Virus record (IMG/VR): IMGVR_UViG_3300041964_000014
Coordinates: 1 to 64,000 of that record
DNA length: 64,000 nt
Direction: 5' to 3' (one strand)
DNA from: a virus
Part shown: positions 19,597-29,128 of the stretch, piece by piece
Layout: every line of letters starts with the position of its first letter
Position numbering within the stretch: the stretch's first letter is position 1
Position numbers and translations under genes: made by a program
The notes under the pieces: generated by a model
What the model saw: the letters and a program-made list of their open reading frames with translations, nothing else
Told to the model about the DNA's origin: nothing
The model's database searches: none

Positions 19597-21555
19597 CTAT
19601 CGTTTTCTACTAGTTACTCGATAGTTAAATTTAATATTATTAAATCTGGAAATCTGGTTAACTAGTAACCCCACGAGTCTAGTAGTACAGTGAGTATTTG
19701 GATGTTTACCATCCCCCGCATACTGATTTGCAGTACTACCCGAAACTAAGCCAATTGATGCGGAAGTTCCTAGATCAATCAGATAAGTGTTATCGTTAGG
19801 ATTTGCTAATTTATAAGCCGTAAAAGCGGCTTGAATACCGGAAACTACATAACGACCAAAAGGCACAATTATAAAGATTTTTGTGCTAGTACCAAATGCC
19901 GATCTTGCCTGTGGCAACCAGGTTGCTATAGCTGTTTGCACATTGACATCGTTATTATCATTTGTACCCAAATTTACGAATACCATATCTGGAGCTGGAC
20001 TGAAACTACGACTTAAACCTTGAGCTTGTAAATTCCAAGAAGAAGGAAAAGCAGGTACTCCAGACCCTGTTGCATTCCATCCCAAAAATCCAAAACCTAT
20101 TTGTGCGTATTCCACTTGTAAGGTGTCTGCCAACATGGCTGAGAAAGCTTGATTTGCGCTATGAGTAGCATTAGTTCCCGCATTTAGACTAATACCCTCT
20201 GTGATGGAATCTCCAAAAAATACTGCTTTTTGAGTAAGGCTATCGGCTTGTAAAAACTGTTCACCTATTGCTACATCAAAATAGTTAAACCTAACAGAAC
20301 TTAATGGTGTAGTCCATCTTTCAATATTGAAGCTTAGGCTATTTACCCATAAAGTACAAGTGTGAGTTCCCGCAGATAGACCATTAGCTATAGTTAATGT
20401 TGTGTCGGAGGATGTTAGTAAGCGGGTAGTCCAGGTTCCGTTATCCACACTCCATCGAAGTGTAGGGTAATTTCCAGCACTAACTGATGCTGATGTAAGG
20501 TGGGTTAAATCTTGATTTAAAGTTAAACTAACGCCCGTAAACTTCAGCTTTATATATGCTCCACTATTATTTGTTTCTAGATATCCGTTTCGGGTAGTCC
20601 AATTATAGGGACTACGTATTAGTTTTGTATCAGTAGGTAATATTCTAGTAACAGTTGCAACAACTACTGACAAGGAAACGGAACTTGGATTCGCAAGACT
20701 ACCGGAATTAGTGGTGGATATTGACTTATTACCAATACTACTTGGCGTGTAGCTAGTAGTAGCTGAGGGATTTTCGGTACTAAGTTGTACACTAGCAGGT
20801 GCAAAACTGCCTCCTCCAGAATTATCGCTAAAGGTAACTGTAACGGGGGTGGGTATAGTAGTACCTGTAGGTAAGGCGACTGTGTATGTAACTGGGTTAT
20901 TTACAACAACAGTAGAACTTCCACCTTGCAATGTATATGTAGTAGCATCGATGCTTGCTACATCTTCGTAATAAGCTACGCGGCTAAAAAAGGATGCCCC
21001 ATTAAAAAAACTTAAACCTAATGTACCTGTAGATTGTAGTGATGCAGTAGTGTCTGTTAAAGCGGCCATTGTATAAACCACAGTATTTGTAGTTGTATTG
21101 GTAATTACCAAATATAAATTAGTAGTTCCAGTACCTTTAACAGAAAAATCAATCTCATAGTTTTGTCCAGCAACATATCCCCATGTGGCAGCGGTTATGC
21201 TTCTTAGAGTTGTATTAGTTCCTGAGACAGCTTTTGAGACACTAATATTTTGAGCTGTATCAACAATAAAGTAATAACCAGAGATGCCCGTAGGATCTAA
21301 CCTTAACCAGTAGCTTTTTTGACCACCGTCTATTTCTAGCTTTGCAACAACCCTTGCGTCTCTTTTACCGGCTTCAGGACGATAAAGGAAATATGTATAA
21401 GTCGTTCCTAGCGGAGATTTAATTCGGGTATTATCTACACTCCAAGCCCCGATTTTGTCTATCCAGCCAGGTACATTTAGAGTACTATTGGCTGTGTTAG
21501 AGGCGGTAGTATTATTACCCCAATTAGTTTGGTCAAATAATGATAGCCAAGGCAT
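19597..21555 (-). CDS. SGNH/GDSL hydrolase with lectin-like and Ig-like N-terminal domains
   Basis: Blocks FFGDSITEG, GTND and DGKHP. Confidence 0.8.
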   Translation of the reverse strand: MPWLSLFDQTNWGNNTTASNTANSTLNVPGWIDKIGAWSVDNTRIKSPLGTTYTYFLYRPEAGKRDARVVAKLEIDGGQKSYWLRLDPTGISGYYFIVDTAQNISVSKAVSGTNTTLRSITAATWGYVAGQNYEIDFSVKGTGTTNLYLVITNTTTNTVVYTMAALTDTTASLQSTGTLGLSFFNGASFFSRVAYYEDVASIDATTYTLQGGSSTVVVNNPVTYTVALPTGTTIPTPVTVTFSDNSGGGSFAPASVQLSTENPSATTSYTPSSIGNKSISTTNSGSLANPSSVSLSVVVATVTRILPTDTKLIRSPYNWTTRNGYLETNNSGAYIKLKFTGVSLTLNQDLTHLTSASVSAGNYPTLRWSVDNGTWTTRLLTSSDTTLTIANGLSAGTHTCTLWVNSLSFNIERWTTPLSSVRFNYFDVAIGEQFLQADSLTQKAVFFGDSITEGISLNAGTNATHSANQAFSAMLADTLQVEYAQIGFGFLGWNATGSGVPAFPSSWNLQAQGLSRSFSPAPDMVFVNLGTNDNNDVNVQTAIATWLPQARSAFGTSTKIFIIVPFGRYVVSGIQAAFTAYKLANPNDNTYLIDLGTSASIGLVSGSTANQYAGDGKHPNTHCTTRLVGLLVNQISRFNNIKFNYRVTSRKR

Positions 21556-21557
21556 AT

Positions 21558-22028
21558 TTATAAATTTCCTTTCGTAATAGTACGACCACCAGAACCATCG
21601 AAACTTCCGCCAGTAATAACAGTAGTGGTATCATCTTGAGCTTTATAGGATACGCTCCCACCACTTGCAGTAGCTGTACCAAACAGTACAGCAGCCGTGG
21701 CTTTTAGAGCTTGTTTTAAAGTAAGTCCTGTATCAACTAAAGAAGCTAGTAAATTTGGAGTAGAATCCGCAGTTAAATGCATATTTAAATACCTACCTGT
21801 ACTAGCCATTGCACTTCCTAGGTCTACTTGCAAAAAAGCTTCACCATTAGCAATAGCATCGTAGTAAAACTTATACAGCCCTGGAACTGTCTCAGTAAAA
21901 ATAAAAGTAACTCCGGTAAGATTAGTGTTATCACTTTCTTTTTTAATAGCACTAACAGTTGGGGTTAAACCAGTAGCTAGTGTATTATCTGAGTTTCTAA
22001 CTTCAAAAGTATATGCTGTAGCAACCAT
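21558..22028 (-). CDS. Virion accessory protein
   Basis: Beta-rich; LTLKQALK...AVL.G...R motif; operonic with the SGNH genes. Confidence 0.5.
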   Translation of the reverse strand: MVATAYTFEVRNSDNTLATGLTPTVSAIKKESDNTNLTGVTFIFTETVPGLYKFYYDAIANGEAFLQVDLGSAMASTGRYLNMHLTADSTPNLLASLVDTGLTLKQALKATAAVLFGTATASGGSVSYKAQDDTTTVITGGSFDGSGGRTITKGNL

Positions 22029-22039
22029 GATAAATATCC

Positions 22040-22540
22040 TTATACAAACATTTGACTAAAGTAATTATTCGACCACATCTGTCCGAAATACTTAGAATAA
22101 TTAACTGGGGCAGCTGTTATAGTGATTGTTTTGGAAGCACTAGTAGCTGTACCTCCCTGACTACCCGTAGATACCGCTGTAATAGTATAGTCTCCAGGAG
22201 TATTTGGGGTCCAATTTACTGTAGGGGTATTGCCGGAAATAGCTGTACTTAAATTAGTACCATTAATTTTAAACTGTGTAACTACAGTGTCGTTACTAAT
22301 GGTTACATTAGCTAATAAGGATACAGTAGTACCTACAATTACACTACTGGGAATAGTATTACTTAAAATAACTGTAGGAGTAGGAACAGGTGTTGGAGTA
22401 GTCCCCGTAGTACGATTAGCCGATATTAATAGTAATGCTAGTTGTACTTCTGTATAACTAAGCTTATTAAACTCGGTATATACAGTTTGCTCATAAAAAG
22501 CATTTAAGGTATTTATTACATCTGTTTTACTAATAGCCAT
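22040..22540 (-). CDS. Ig-like domain protein with N-terminal repeat module
   Basis: TPTP linker; VGTTVSL.A...QFKING...WTP..PGDYTITA Ig motif. Confidence 0.65.
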   Translation of the reverse strand: MAISKTDVINTLNAFYEQTVYTEFNKLSYTEVQLALLLISANRTTGTTPTPVPTPTVILSNTIPSSVIVGTTVSLLANVTISNDTVVTQFKINGTNLSTAISGNTPTVNWTPNTPGDYTITAVSTGSQGGTATSASKTITITAAPVNYSKYFGQMWSNNYFSQMFV

Positions 22541-22623
22541 ACTGGTATATCCACATAAAGTCAGTTAAAACAAGATTGTAACTGATGTTAGTATTTTAAC
22601 TAATTAAATAACGGTTATATTGT

Positions 22624-24354
22624 TTATCTTTTTCTCCCAAGATATTTAGAGGCTTTTTTAACTACTGTTAATACTTCTTGTAACTTAGCCACTAAATAAA
22701 CTGCCAATCTAGAATGTCCGAAAATAGAAGGGTGAAGTCCGTCTGTCGTATATAAATTGGCACCTTGTCCATAAGAGTTTAATCCCACTGCTATTTGGGT
22801 TCCAAGATCTACATAGTGAAAATTAGTGTCATTAGTCGAGCTAAGATAAGTAGTTACCGCAGCGGATAAAGCAGCTTTGAAATTCTGCCCAAAAGGCTGA
22901 ATCACTACTATTTTTGTATTCGGACCTGTGGCTGCTCTCATTGCTTGGAAAACAGATACTACAGTGTTTCTAATTGAAGTACTGTTACTACTGCCATCAT
23001 TGGTTCCTTGATTTATAAATATATAATCAAGCCCCCCAATATAACTACCTGCCGTGAATCGGCTTTGACCAGAATAGTAGTTGTTCCAGGTCTCTGAAAA
23101 TACTGGCACATTTCCAGCACCTAAAGCTACCCAACCTTGAGAACCAAAAGCTGCTACTGCGTATTCACTATCTAGATAATCGGCTACATAAGTTAGGTAA
23201 TCATTAATAGCACTACCACCTTCCGGAAAAGCTGAGGATAGTAAATACCAACCTTCTGTAATACTATCGCCATAGAATAATGTTTTCTTAGGTTTAGTTG
23301 TAGGGGTTAAAAATGTACCAATCTCATCAATAAGTATATTACCAAATTTAAGTATATTAGTAGTACCTGTCCAACGATTATTAATAGAGTTATTACCACT
23401 TCTATCAAATACCACTATTAAATCATAAGTAGTATTAGCATTTAAACTACTACTTATATTTAATTGTGTTTGTAATTGAGTAATAGTACTACTAATCCAG
23501 TTACCTTCGTTTAATCTATAACTAATAACTACACCACCTTCCACTGGATAAGTATCTAGCGATAATTTAATACCAACACTAGTAGACCCAGTAAAACGAG
23601 CTTTAATATAATTACCGGGGTTACACGTTTGTAGTTGATTATTAACTGTATCTAAAAACCACCCTTGTTTAGGGTAGTAATACTTACTATCTGTAACAGG
23701 TAGTTCTGTTTTAACTACAGGTGCGCCGGGATTAGGGTCCTGATAAGTAGCAGCTCTAGTTACATAAAATGGAGCGCCATAGTAATAAATACCATACGTA
23801 CCAGCAGCTTGTAATACAGCTTCCGAATCAGAAACTGTTTGACTAGTTAGTAGTACTGGAGAAGCTGTAGTAATATCGTAAGCTTCTACCTTAATAGCGG
23901 TAGGATTAGTACCTTGTGCGTAAGTAACTAATCGCAGTTTAGTTACTCCTACTACTGAGACATTAGAGGAAGCAGTACCTACATCAATTAACGCACCACC
24001 CGATACTTGCTTTTTAACTCCTACAAATATATTGGTTCCTGAGAACGAAACATAAGGAGTGTAATAGGAGGTAAAAGTGTTATTAACTCTTAGCAGTGTG
24101 TTAGCAAAATAAGTAGTTCCAGATACGGGTAATGATAGCTCTATGATTACTTGTTGTTCTACATAAGATTCACTAGCAGGTCTAACTAGTTCAGCAATAT
24201 CGTTATCTAAAGCTGTGGCTCTATTACCATTAATTCGCCACACATTACCTTTAACATCAATCCACCCATTGCCAATACCTGTAGTTGTAAGAGCTGCGTT
24301 AGGTGCCGTATCTGCACGTACAAAGTTATCATCAATTAATTGTGTAAAAGCCAT
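22624..24354 (-). CDS. SGNH/GDSL hydrolase with lectin-like N-terminal domain (paralog of 19597..21555)
   Basis: FYGDSITEG, GTND and DGLHP blocks. Confidence 0.8.
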   Translation of the reverse strand: MAFTQLIDDNFVRADTAPNAALTTTGIGNGWIDVKGNVWRINGNRATALDNDIAELVRPASESYVEQQVIIELSLPVSGTTYFANTLLRVNNTFTSYYTPYVSFSGTNIFVGVKKQVSGGALIDVGTASSNVSVVGVTKLRLVTYAQGTNPTAIKVEAYDITTASPVLLTSQTVSDSEAVLQAAGTYGIYYYGAPFYVTRAATYQDPNPGAPVVKTELPVTDSKYYYPKQGWFLDTVNNQLQTCNPGNYIKARFTGSTSVGIKLSLDTYPVEGGVVISYRLNEGNWISSTITQLQTQLNISSSLNANTTYDLIVVFDRSGNNSINNRWTGTTNILKFGNILIDEIGTFLTPTTKPKKTLFYGDSITEGWYLLSSAFPEGGSAINDYLTYVADYLDSEYAVAAFGSQGWVALGAGNVPVFSETWNNYYSGQSRFTAGSYIGGLDYIFINQGTNDGSSNSTSIRNTVVSVFQAMRAATGPNTKIVVIQPFGQNFKAALSAAVTTYLSSTNDTNFHYVDLGTQIAVGLNSYGQGANLYTTDGLHPSIFGHSRLAVYLVAKLQEVLTVVKKASKYLGRKR

Positions 24355-24385
24355 ATATTTTATATGTAGTTATTTATTCATTCTA

Positions 24386-24824
24386 TTACCAAAGAGGCTT
24401 GGCAGAGTGGTATGCAGGCTGAAAAGGGTTGTCCACTGCACGGCTACCATCTTTTAATTTAATAGCCCCATGACGAGCATGATAATTGTCTCGTCGCTTA
24501 GTTATGGATAAAGAGACCATCCTTTGTGTGTTTTTCTTTTCTTTTGAACTAAACTACCTACTTTAGAATAGTTTAATTCCGGATAAGCCATAATTAATTC
24601 TTGTCTAGTACCCTTAAAAATTCCATATTCAGGATGATAAAAGGTATTAATTAGATTGTGCTTATATTTCGGACTGTTACTTGCTGTTTCTTCCCTTTTT
24701 GAGTAGCACGTTTAGGAGTACTTATTTCATAAGTTTGTCCATTGTATTTAACACGTTTATTTTTACTACCCTTACGACGGCTAAATAGTGCGTTACATAT
24801 GTCCGAAATAAATAGGAGTCTCAT
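24386..24824 (-). pseudogene. Leader-family gene interrupted by an endonuclease-like fragment
   Basis: 5' part MRLLFISDICNALFSRRKGSKNKR...TPKRATQKGKK and 3' part KRRDNYHARHG...PAYHSAKPLW, separated by ~150 nt encoding FYHPEYGIFKG...KRKTHKGW. Confidence 0.5.
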
Positions 24825-24918
24825 GCTGTTATAGTATTTATTACTAATTATCACACTTAAGTGATGTTAGTAGCGTAGTATAATCAAATAAGCGATAACC
24901 ATCTATATAAATACACCA

Positions 24919-25422
24919 ATGACTGAATACACTTGTAATACAAACGGTAACAATGTTTACTACAGTGGGGAAATCTCTCAAGAAGGAGTACTACAGTTGG
25001 CTAGTACTTTACATAATTTAGATAGCGAGAAGCGTAGTACTTTGTATTTAAGTTCTAATGGAGGAGAAGTTTATGCGGGGCTTTTTATGTACGATTTAAT
25101 TACAGCTCAAGATCCAGATTTATTTAGTATTAAAGTATGTGGATATGCTGGTAGTGCCGCTACCTTGTGTTTATTTGCGATACCTAATGTGTATATGACT
25201 AAGCACTCTAGTTTGTTTTTCCATCAAATGCAAAGTACACTACATCGTAGTAGACACTTAGAAACTAAAGCTTATACAGAACATTTAGATACGCTTAATG
25301 CTATGCTGCTTAATATTTTTCGTAAAAAGATGAATGTAGATTGTGAGTTTTTAAATAAAGATAAATATTACACTAGTCAAGAAGCTTTAGAGGCGGGTAT
25401 TATTAAGGATATTGTTTTTTAA
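24919..25422 (+). CDS. ClpP-like serine protease
   Basis: LYLSSNGGEV..G..MYD, G.AGSAAT (catalytic Ser), FFHQ (His), D.Y.T..EALE.GII. Confidence 0.85.
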   Translation: MTEYTCNTNGNNVYYSGEISQEGVLQLASTLHNLDSEKRSTLYLSSNGGEVYAGLFMYDLITAQDPDLFSIKVCGYAGSAATLCLFAIPNVYMTKHSSLFFHQMQSTLHRSRHLETKAYTEHLDTLNAMLLNIFRKKMNVDCEFLNKDKYYTSQEALEAGIIKDIVF

Positions 25423-25486
25423 TTACAGTTAATACTAGTAAAACACCCCCTAACTAGGGGGTTTAATTTTGTGTATATAACATCAG

Positions 25487-26506
25487 TTATTTACGAGGTT
25501 TTCTTTTACGTTGATACCCTTTAACGGCTTTTCCTTTACGATAAAAACCCTTAACTTTAACATCGCCAGTAGCGGCAGTAACAGCTGTTTTAGCAGATGC
25601 TGCCGTAGCTAATCCACCTAAGCCAAGAATCGCGGCTCCGGCTAATACGCGTTTAGGATTAGACTTCATTAGTTTTAATAATCCTTCTTCCTTAATAGCA
25701 GCCCCAACTGCCTTGAATCTATTGCCATATACCCTTATTTTCTTTTCGGAATACATGGCACGAGGATCATCAAAATCTGGCTTGAAATTCTCGTTGAAGA
25801 ATTTATCACTGCCTCCTATGTATAAGCTACGTCCTGTAGTTGGTAATGCTCCGCGTAAAGCCGCATTAGCTCTTTCTTCAGTAAATCTCTTTTTGGTTTG
25901 ATTAGCTAAAGTATCATATTCTTTTCGTAATGCATCGTCGCTAAAATACTTTCCACCAAACATTCCTGTCTTAGCAGATTTTTCTAACTCCTTCATTCGA
26001 GGCTTATTTTCATATACCTTGTCCCAATCTACAGTACTTTGTCCGCGATAACCTCTTCGTTGTTGTGCCCTATTTAGTACTTGAGTTAAAGGATTCTCTT
26101 TTTTAGGATCTACTTTAATCATTGTTAGTGGCATTTGTGGATTAGGCATATCACGAGCTATTGCATTTTTATGTACTCCAGTTACATAAACTTTGTTTTT
26201 AGCTTTATTAATATCTGTACCTACTCCTTCGGGATTTATTTCTAAAGCCCTTATAGCACTAGCCCCACTTTTATTAGGATCTAAAATACCTCCATTCTTT
26301 AATATTTCATTAGCGGTTTTTTTATTAGTACTATGCGATTCTAATCGTACTCCGAGTAATCTAGGAATCCCACTACGTATAGTTCGTTGTCCTATGTAAC
26401 CAGCAGAAGCAGTGCTAATAGCAGCTTGAGTTAGATCTCTCTTTTTCTTTTTTTCTTTACTAGCAAAACTCGCTAGTCGGTTGTGTTGGATATCGATTAA
26501 AAACAT
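25487..26506 (-). CDS. Leader-family protein with putative ADP-ribosyltransferase-like domain
   Basis: ASF-ASKEKKKKR; HST...A.EILKNGG.LDPNKSG...VYVT; C-terminal GxxxG segment. Confidence 0.5.
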   Translation of the reverse strand: MFLIDIQHNRLASFASKEKKKKRDLTQAAISTASAGYIGQRTIRSGIPRLLGVRLESHSTNKKTANEILKNGGILDPNKSGASAIRALEINPEGVGTDINKAKNKVYVTGVHKNAIARDMPNPQMPLTMIKVDPKKENPLTQVLNRAQQRRGYRGQSTVDWDKVYENKPRMKELEKSAKTGMFGGKYFSDDALRKEYDTLANQTKKRFTEERANAALRGALPTTGRSLYIGGSDKFFNENFKPDFDDPRAMYSEKKIRVYGNRFKAVGAAIKEEGLLKLMKSNPKRVLAGAAILGLGGLATAASAKTAVTAATGDVKVKGFYRKGKAVKGYQRKRKPRK

Positions 26507-26535
26507 AATAGTCCGAAATAATAAGGGGGCTAGGT

Positions 26536-26835
26536 TTATTGTTTTTTCTGCTTAATACCTAGACGTTTATTCAGTTTTTGCCCTAATTTGTAACCAGCAT
26601 AACTACCCGCTGCACCAGCTGCTCCCATCGCTCCTGCATATCCTACTTTGGCTAAAGTAGGTGCATTGGATATTGCGGGATTTTGTGTTGCCATTAATGC
26701 ACCGTATCCAGTACCTAACACACCCCCTATAGCAGCTTGTCGTTTAGCCATATTAACTGGCTTACGTTTTGTCTTGTCTTTAGAGCCTTTCTTTCTAGCG
26801 AAATTAATAGTGTTAATATCTGATAAATAATACAT
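26536..26835 (-). CDS. Basic Gly/Ala-rich leader-family protein
   Basis: MYYLSDINTINF-ARKKGSKDKTKRK; start refined to the MYYL codon. Confidence 0.75.
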   Translation of the reverse strand: MYYLSDINTINFARKKGSKDKTKRKPVNMAKRQAAIGGVLGTGYGALMATQNPAISNAPTLAKVGYAGAMGAAGAAGSYAGYKLGQKLNKRLGIKQKKQ

Positions 26836-26943
26836 ACTAAGTTGTAAACAATTTACATACGTATATTGTATTGCAGTAGTAAGCATATTAAAAAGAAGTA
26901 ACTTGTACGTTACTTCTTAATGTTAGTTATTTAGTGGTAGTTA

Positions 26944-27771
26944 TTAGTTAAGCTCTTTTACCAGTAGTTTATTTAAGCACAGTTGAAGTATAGGGTATTC
27001 TGTAAAATGGTACACACTAACACCATTATTCCACTTACCATTCTTACCTCGTTTATTAACTGTTTTAGGGTCTTTACCAGTAACTGTCTTATAGGTTTCC
27101 GATAACAGTAAACTAAATTGCCTCTTTTTAGTAGTGCCTAGTGTAATATCATTTTTAGCTAACCATTCCGTAGCAGTCATTTCTGTTACATCTGGTTCGT
27201 CGTCTAATAACTCATCCTCAACTTCTAATTTAGTCAACATATTATCGAGGTTAGGAAACACTTTAGTAGTAATACCCCGCATTGTTTTGTAAGCCTGCGT
27301 GGTTTCTTTTAACTCAGTTACTTCTGTAAGCACTTGTTGCAGTGTACTGAGTAGCTGGGGCATTATTGTTTCGGACTGACTAGCAGTGGCGTATCCTGTG
27401 AGTTCTTTAATCCAGATATCAATACCCTTTTTAGCAAACTTACGAAAAGCAAACTTAGCAGTATCATTAGCAGCTTTCGATTCAAAAGCATAGTATTCGA
27501 TGATGCCAGCACACACGTCAGAAGGAACCACTTCCGCATTATTAGAGGCAGAAGCGCGAACCCAGGATACCCTTGGGGTAAGGTTTTGAAGGATTTCAGA
27601 GGTAGTCAAACTCCCCCCTACTTTGGATAGCGTATTACGCATCGTTGACTCTGCTACCCCGCATAACTTGGCTAGACCTACCTGGCTCATTCCAGTATAT
27701 GTTCCATCGTTGGATACATAAAACTCAATTTCGTCAACAGTGGTCGGATTAACTACAATAGATTCAGACAT
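26944..27771 (-). CDS. Phage DNA-binding/antirepressor-like protein (KilA/P63C-like, cyanobacterial type)
   Basis: TGMSQ.GLAKLCGV HTH and IIEYYAFE...A......F...GI..WI...TGY. Confidence 0.6.
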   Translation of the reverse strand: MSESIVVNPTTVDEIEFYVSNDGTYTGMSQVGLAKLCGVAESTMRNTLSKVGGSLTTSEILQNLTPRVSWVRASASNNAEVVPSDVCAGIIEYYAFESKAANDTAKFAFRKFAKKGIDIWIKELTGYATASQSETIMPQLLSTLQQVLTEVTELKETTQAYKTMRGITTKVFPNLDNMLTKLEVEDELLDDEPDVTEMTATEWLAKNDITLGTTKKRQFSLLLSETYKTVTGKDPKTVNKRGKNGKWNNGVSVYHFTEYPILQLCLNKLLVKELN

Positions 27772-27916
27772 TAGATTTATTAAGAAACTACTTCTTTATA
27801 CTACTTTAGACGGCTATGAAATTAGCCTGTATCTAAAGTAGTATTTTTATCTCATTACAGCTTACGGGGTTTAGAATACTACTACTACGACTTCTTATAG
27901 TTATAAGCTATTTTAA

Positions 27917-28996
27917 TTAGATAACTATTAAAGGTTTATTAATGTAGTTAGTAGTAATGTAGTTATTGAAACCCCGCGCTGCTTCTATTTCTGTAGAGTA
28001 ACCCCCACGTCGATGTATTATACCATCTACCTTAAATTGAAATTCATAGTCGTTCATATTTTTTCTATAGGTAATATTTCTGTATTTAGATAATTTGACA
28101 CTACTCATTCCTCGCTCTAGCCTACTTATTTTTCGGACTTCATCTATGGACTTAGCTTCGGTACTTAGCTTGGGGAAATTTAGCTTAGGAGAGGCAGCAT
28201 TGTAATATAGTTCCAACATATCGTGCGCTTTAGCTGCGCTCTCTTGAGAGGGAAATAGAGCCACTTGGTACGTCTTTTTGTTTACAGTGTATTTAAGTAT
28301 CCAATAATCGGAATCTTTGCGTTTGCTTACGTTTTTATATTTAGAGCTTTTGTTGCGTAATTTGTAATTTTCTTGTCTTAGTTGTTGAATGCTCTTAGCT
28401 ATAACATTATTTGGGAAATTAAACAAAGTACAATCTGGATAATAGTACAATACGGCACTATCTCTTGATTTAGCAGCTTCTTCCGCCGTATTATATGTTC
28501 CTAATGTAATTATCTTTCTATTATGTTTAATACGGGCACGAAAAGTACCCGCTTCTGTAGCGTAAACACCTACATAAGGTCTGTCCGGGTATTTAGCTAT
28601 AGCTGCTTTTCTCATTTTCTCCACTTCATGCGATGGAGCTTTACGATTAAAACACGGTTTGTTAGCAGGTCCGGGACTATTAAGAATTAAACCGGGATAA
28701 AGATTATTGTATTCTTCAATATATAGATCTTCTTTTTTATGAGCAGATTCTAATGAGCTAGTAGTAAGCAATTTCGATATGGGTAGTTTACCTTTTTGAA
28801 TTAGACTTTTTATCCAATCTGCTTTTTTATTACTTTTATTAATTCCTTCCGATATATGCTGTGTAAATCGGTTCTTTGGGTCTAAGCTCTGTCCCACATA
28901 TCGGGGTATATTTGTCTCTGGATCTACCAAACAATAGATATACGTTAATGGGTCAAAGATTGTGTCGTCCCAGTTATTTGACATGATAAGTATCAA
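27917..28996 (-). CDS. GIY-YIG homing endonuclease with AP2 DNA-binding repeats
   Basis: YIYCLVDP...RYVGQS..P..R..QH; AP2 repeats YVGV...FRARI...LGTY.TAEEAA..RD.A....NFP. Confidence 0.85.
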   Translation of the reverse strand: MILIMSNNWDDTIFDPLTYIYCLVDPETNIPRYVGQSLDPKNRFTQHISEGINKSNKKADWIKSLIQKGKLPISKLLTTSSLESAHKKEDLYIEEYNNLYPGLILNSPGPANKPCFNRKAPSHEVEKMRKAAIAKYPDRPYVGVYATEAGTFRARIKHNRKIITLGTYNTAEEAAKSRDSAVLYYYPDCTLFNFPNNVIAKSIQQLRQENYKLRNKSSKYKNVSKRKDSDYWILKYTVNKKTYQVALFPSQESAAKAHDMLELYYNAASPKLNFPKLSTEAKSIDEVRKISRLERGMSSVKLSKYRNITYRKNMNDYEFQFKVDGIIHRRGGYSTEIEAARGFNNYITTNYINKPLIVI

Positions 28997-29057
28997 CCTC
29001 TTATTAATCTACTATTTAGTATAACTGATAAAAGGAACTTTGTAATACCTATAAATG

Positions 29058-29086
29058 GAAAGAGAGGGAAGTTACTCCCTCTCTTC
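29058..29086 (-). terminator. Terminator after major capsid gene
   Basis: agagaggga-agttac-tccctctct hairpin. Confidence 0.6.
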
Positions 29087-29128
29087 TAGTTAGTCAATTA
29101 TTCCGTTTGTTGGAGTCACTAAACCTTA

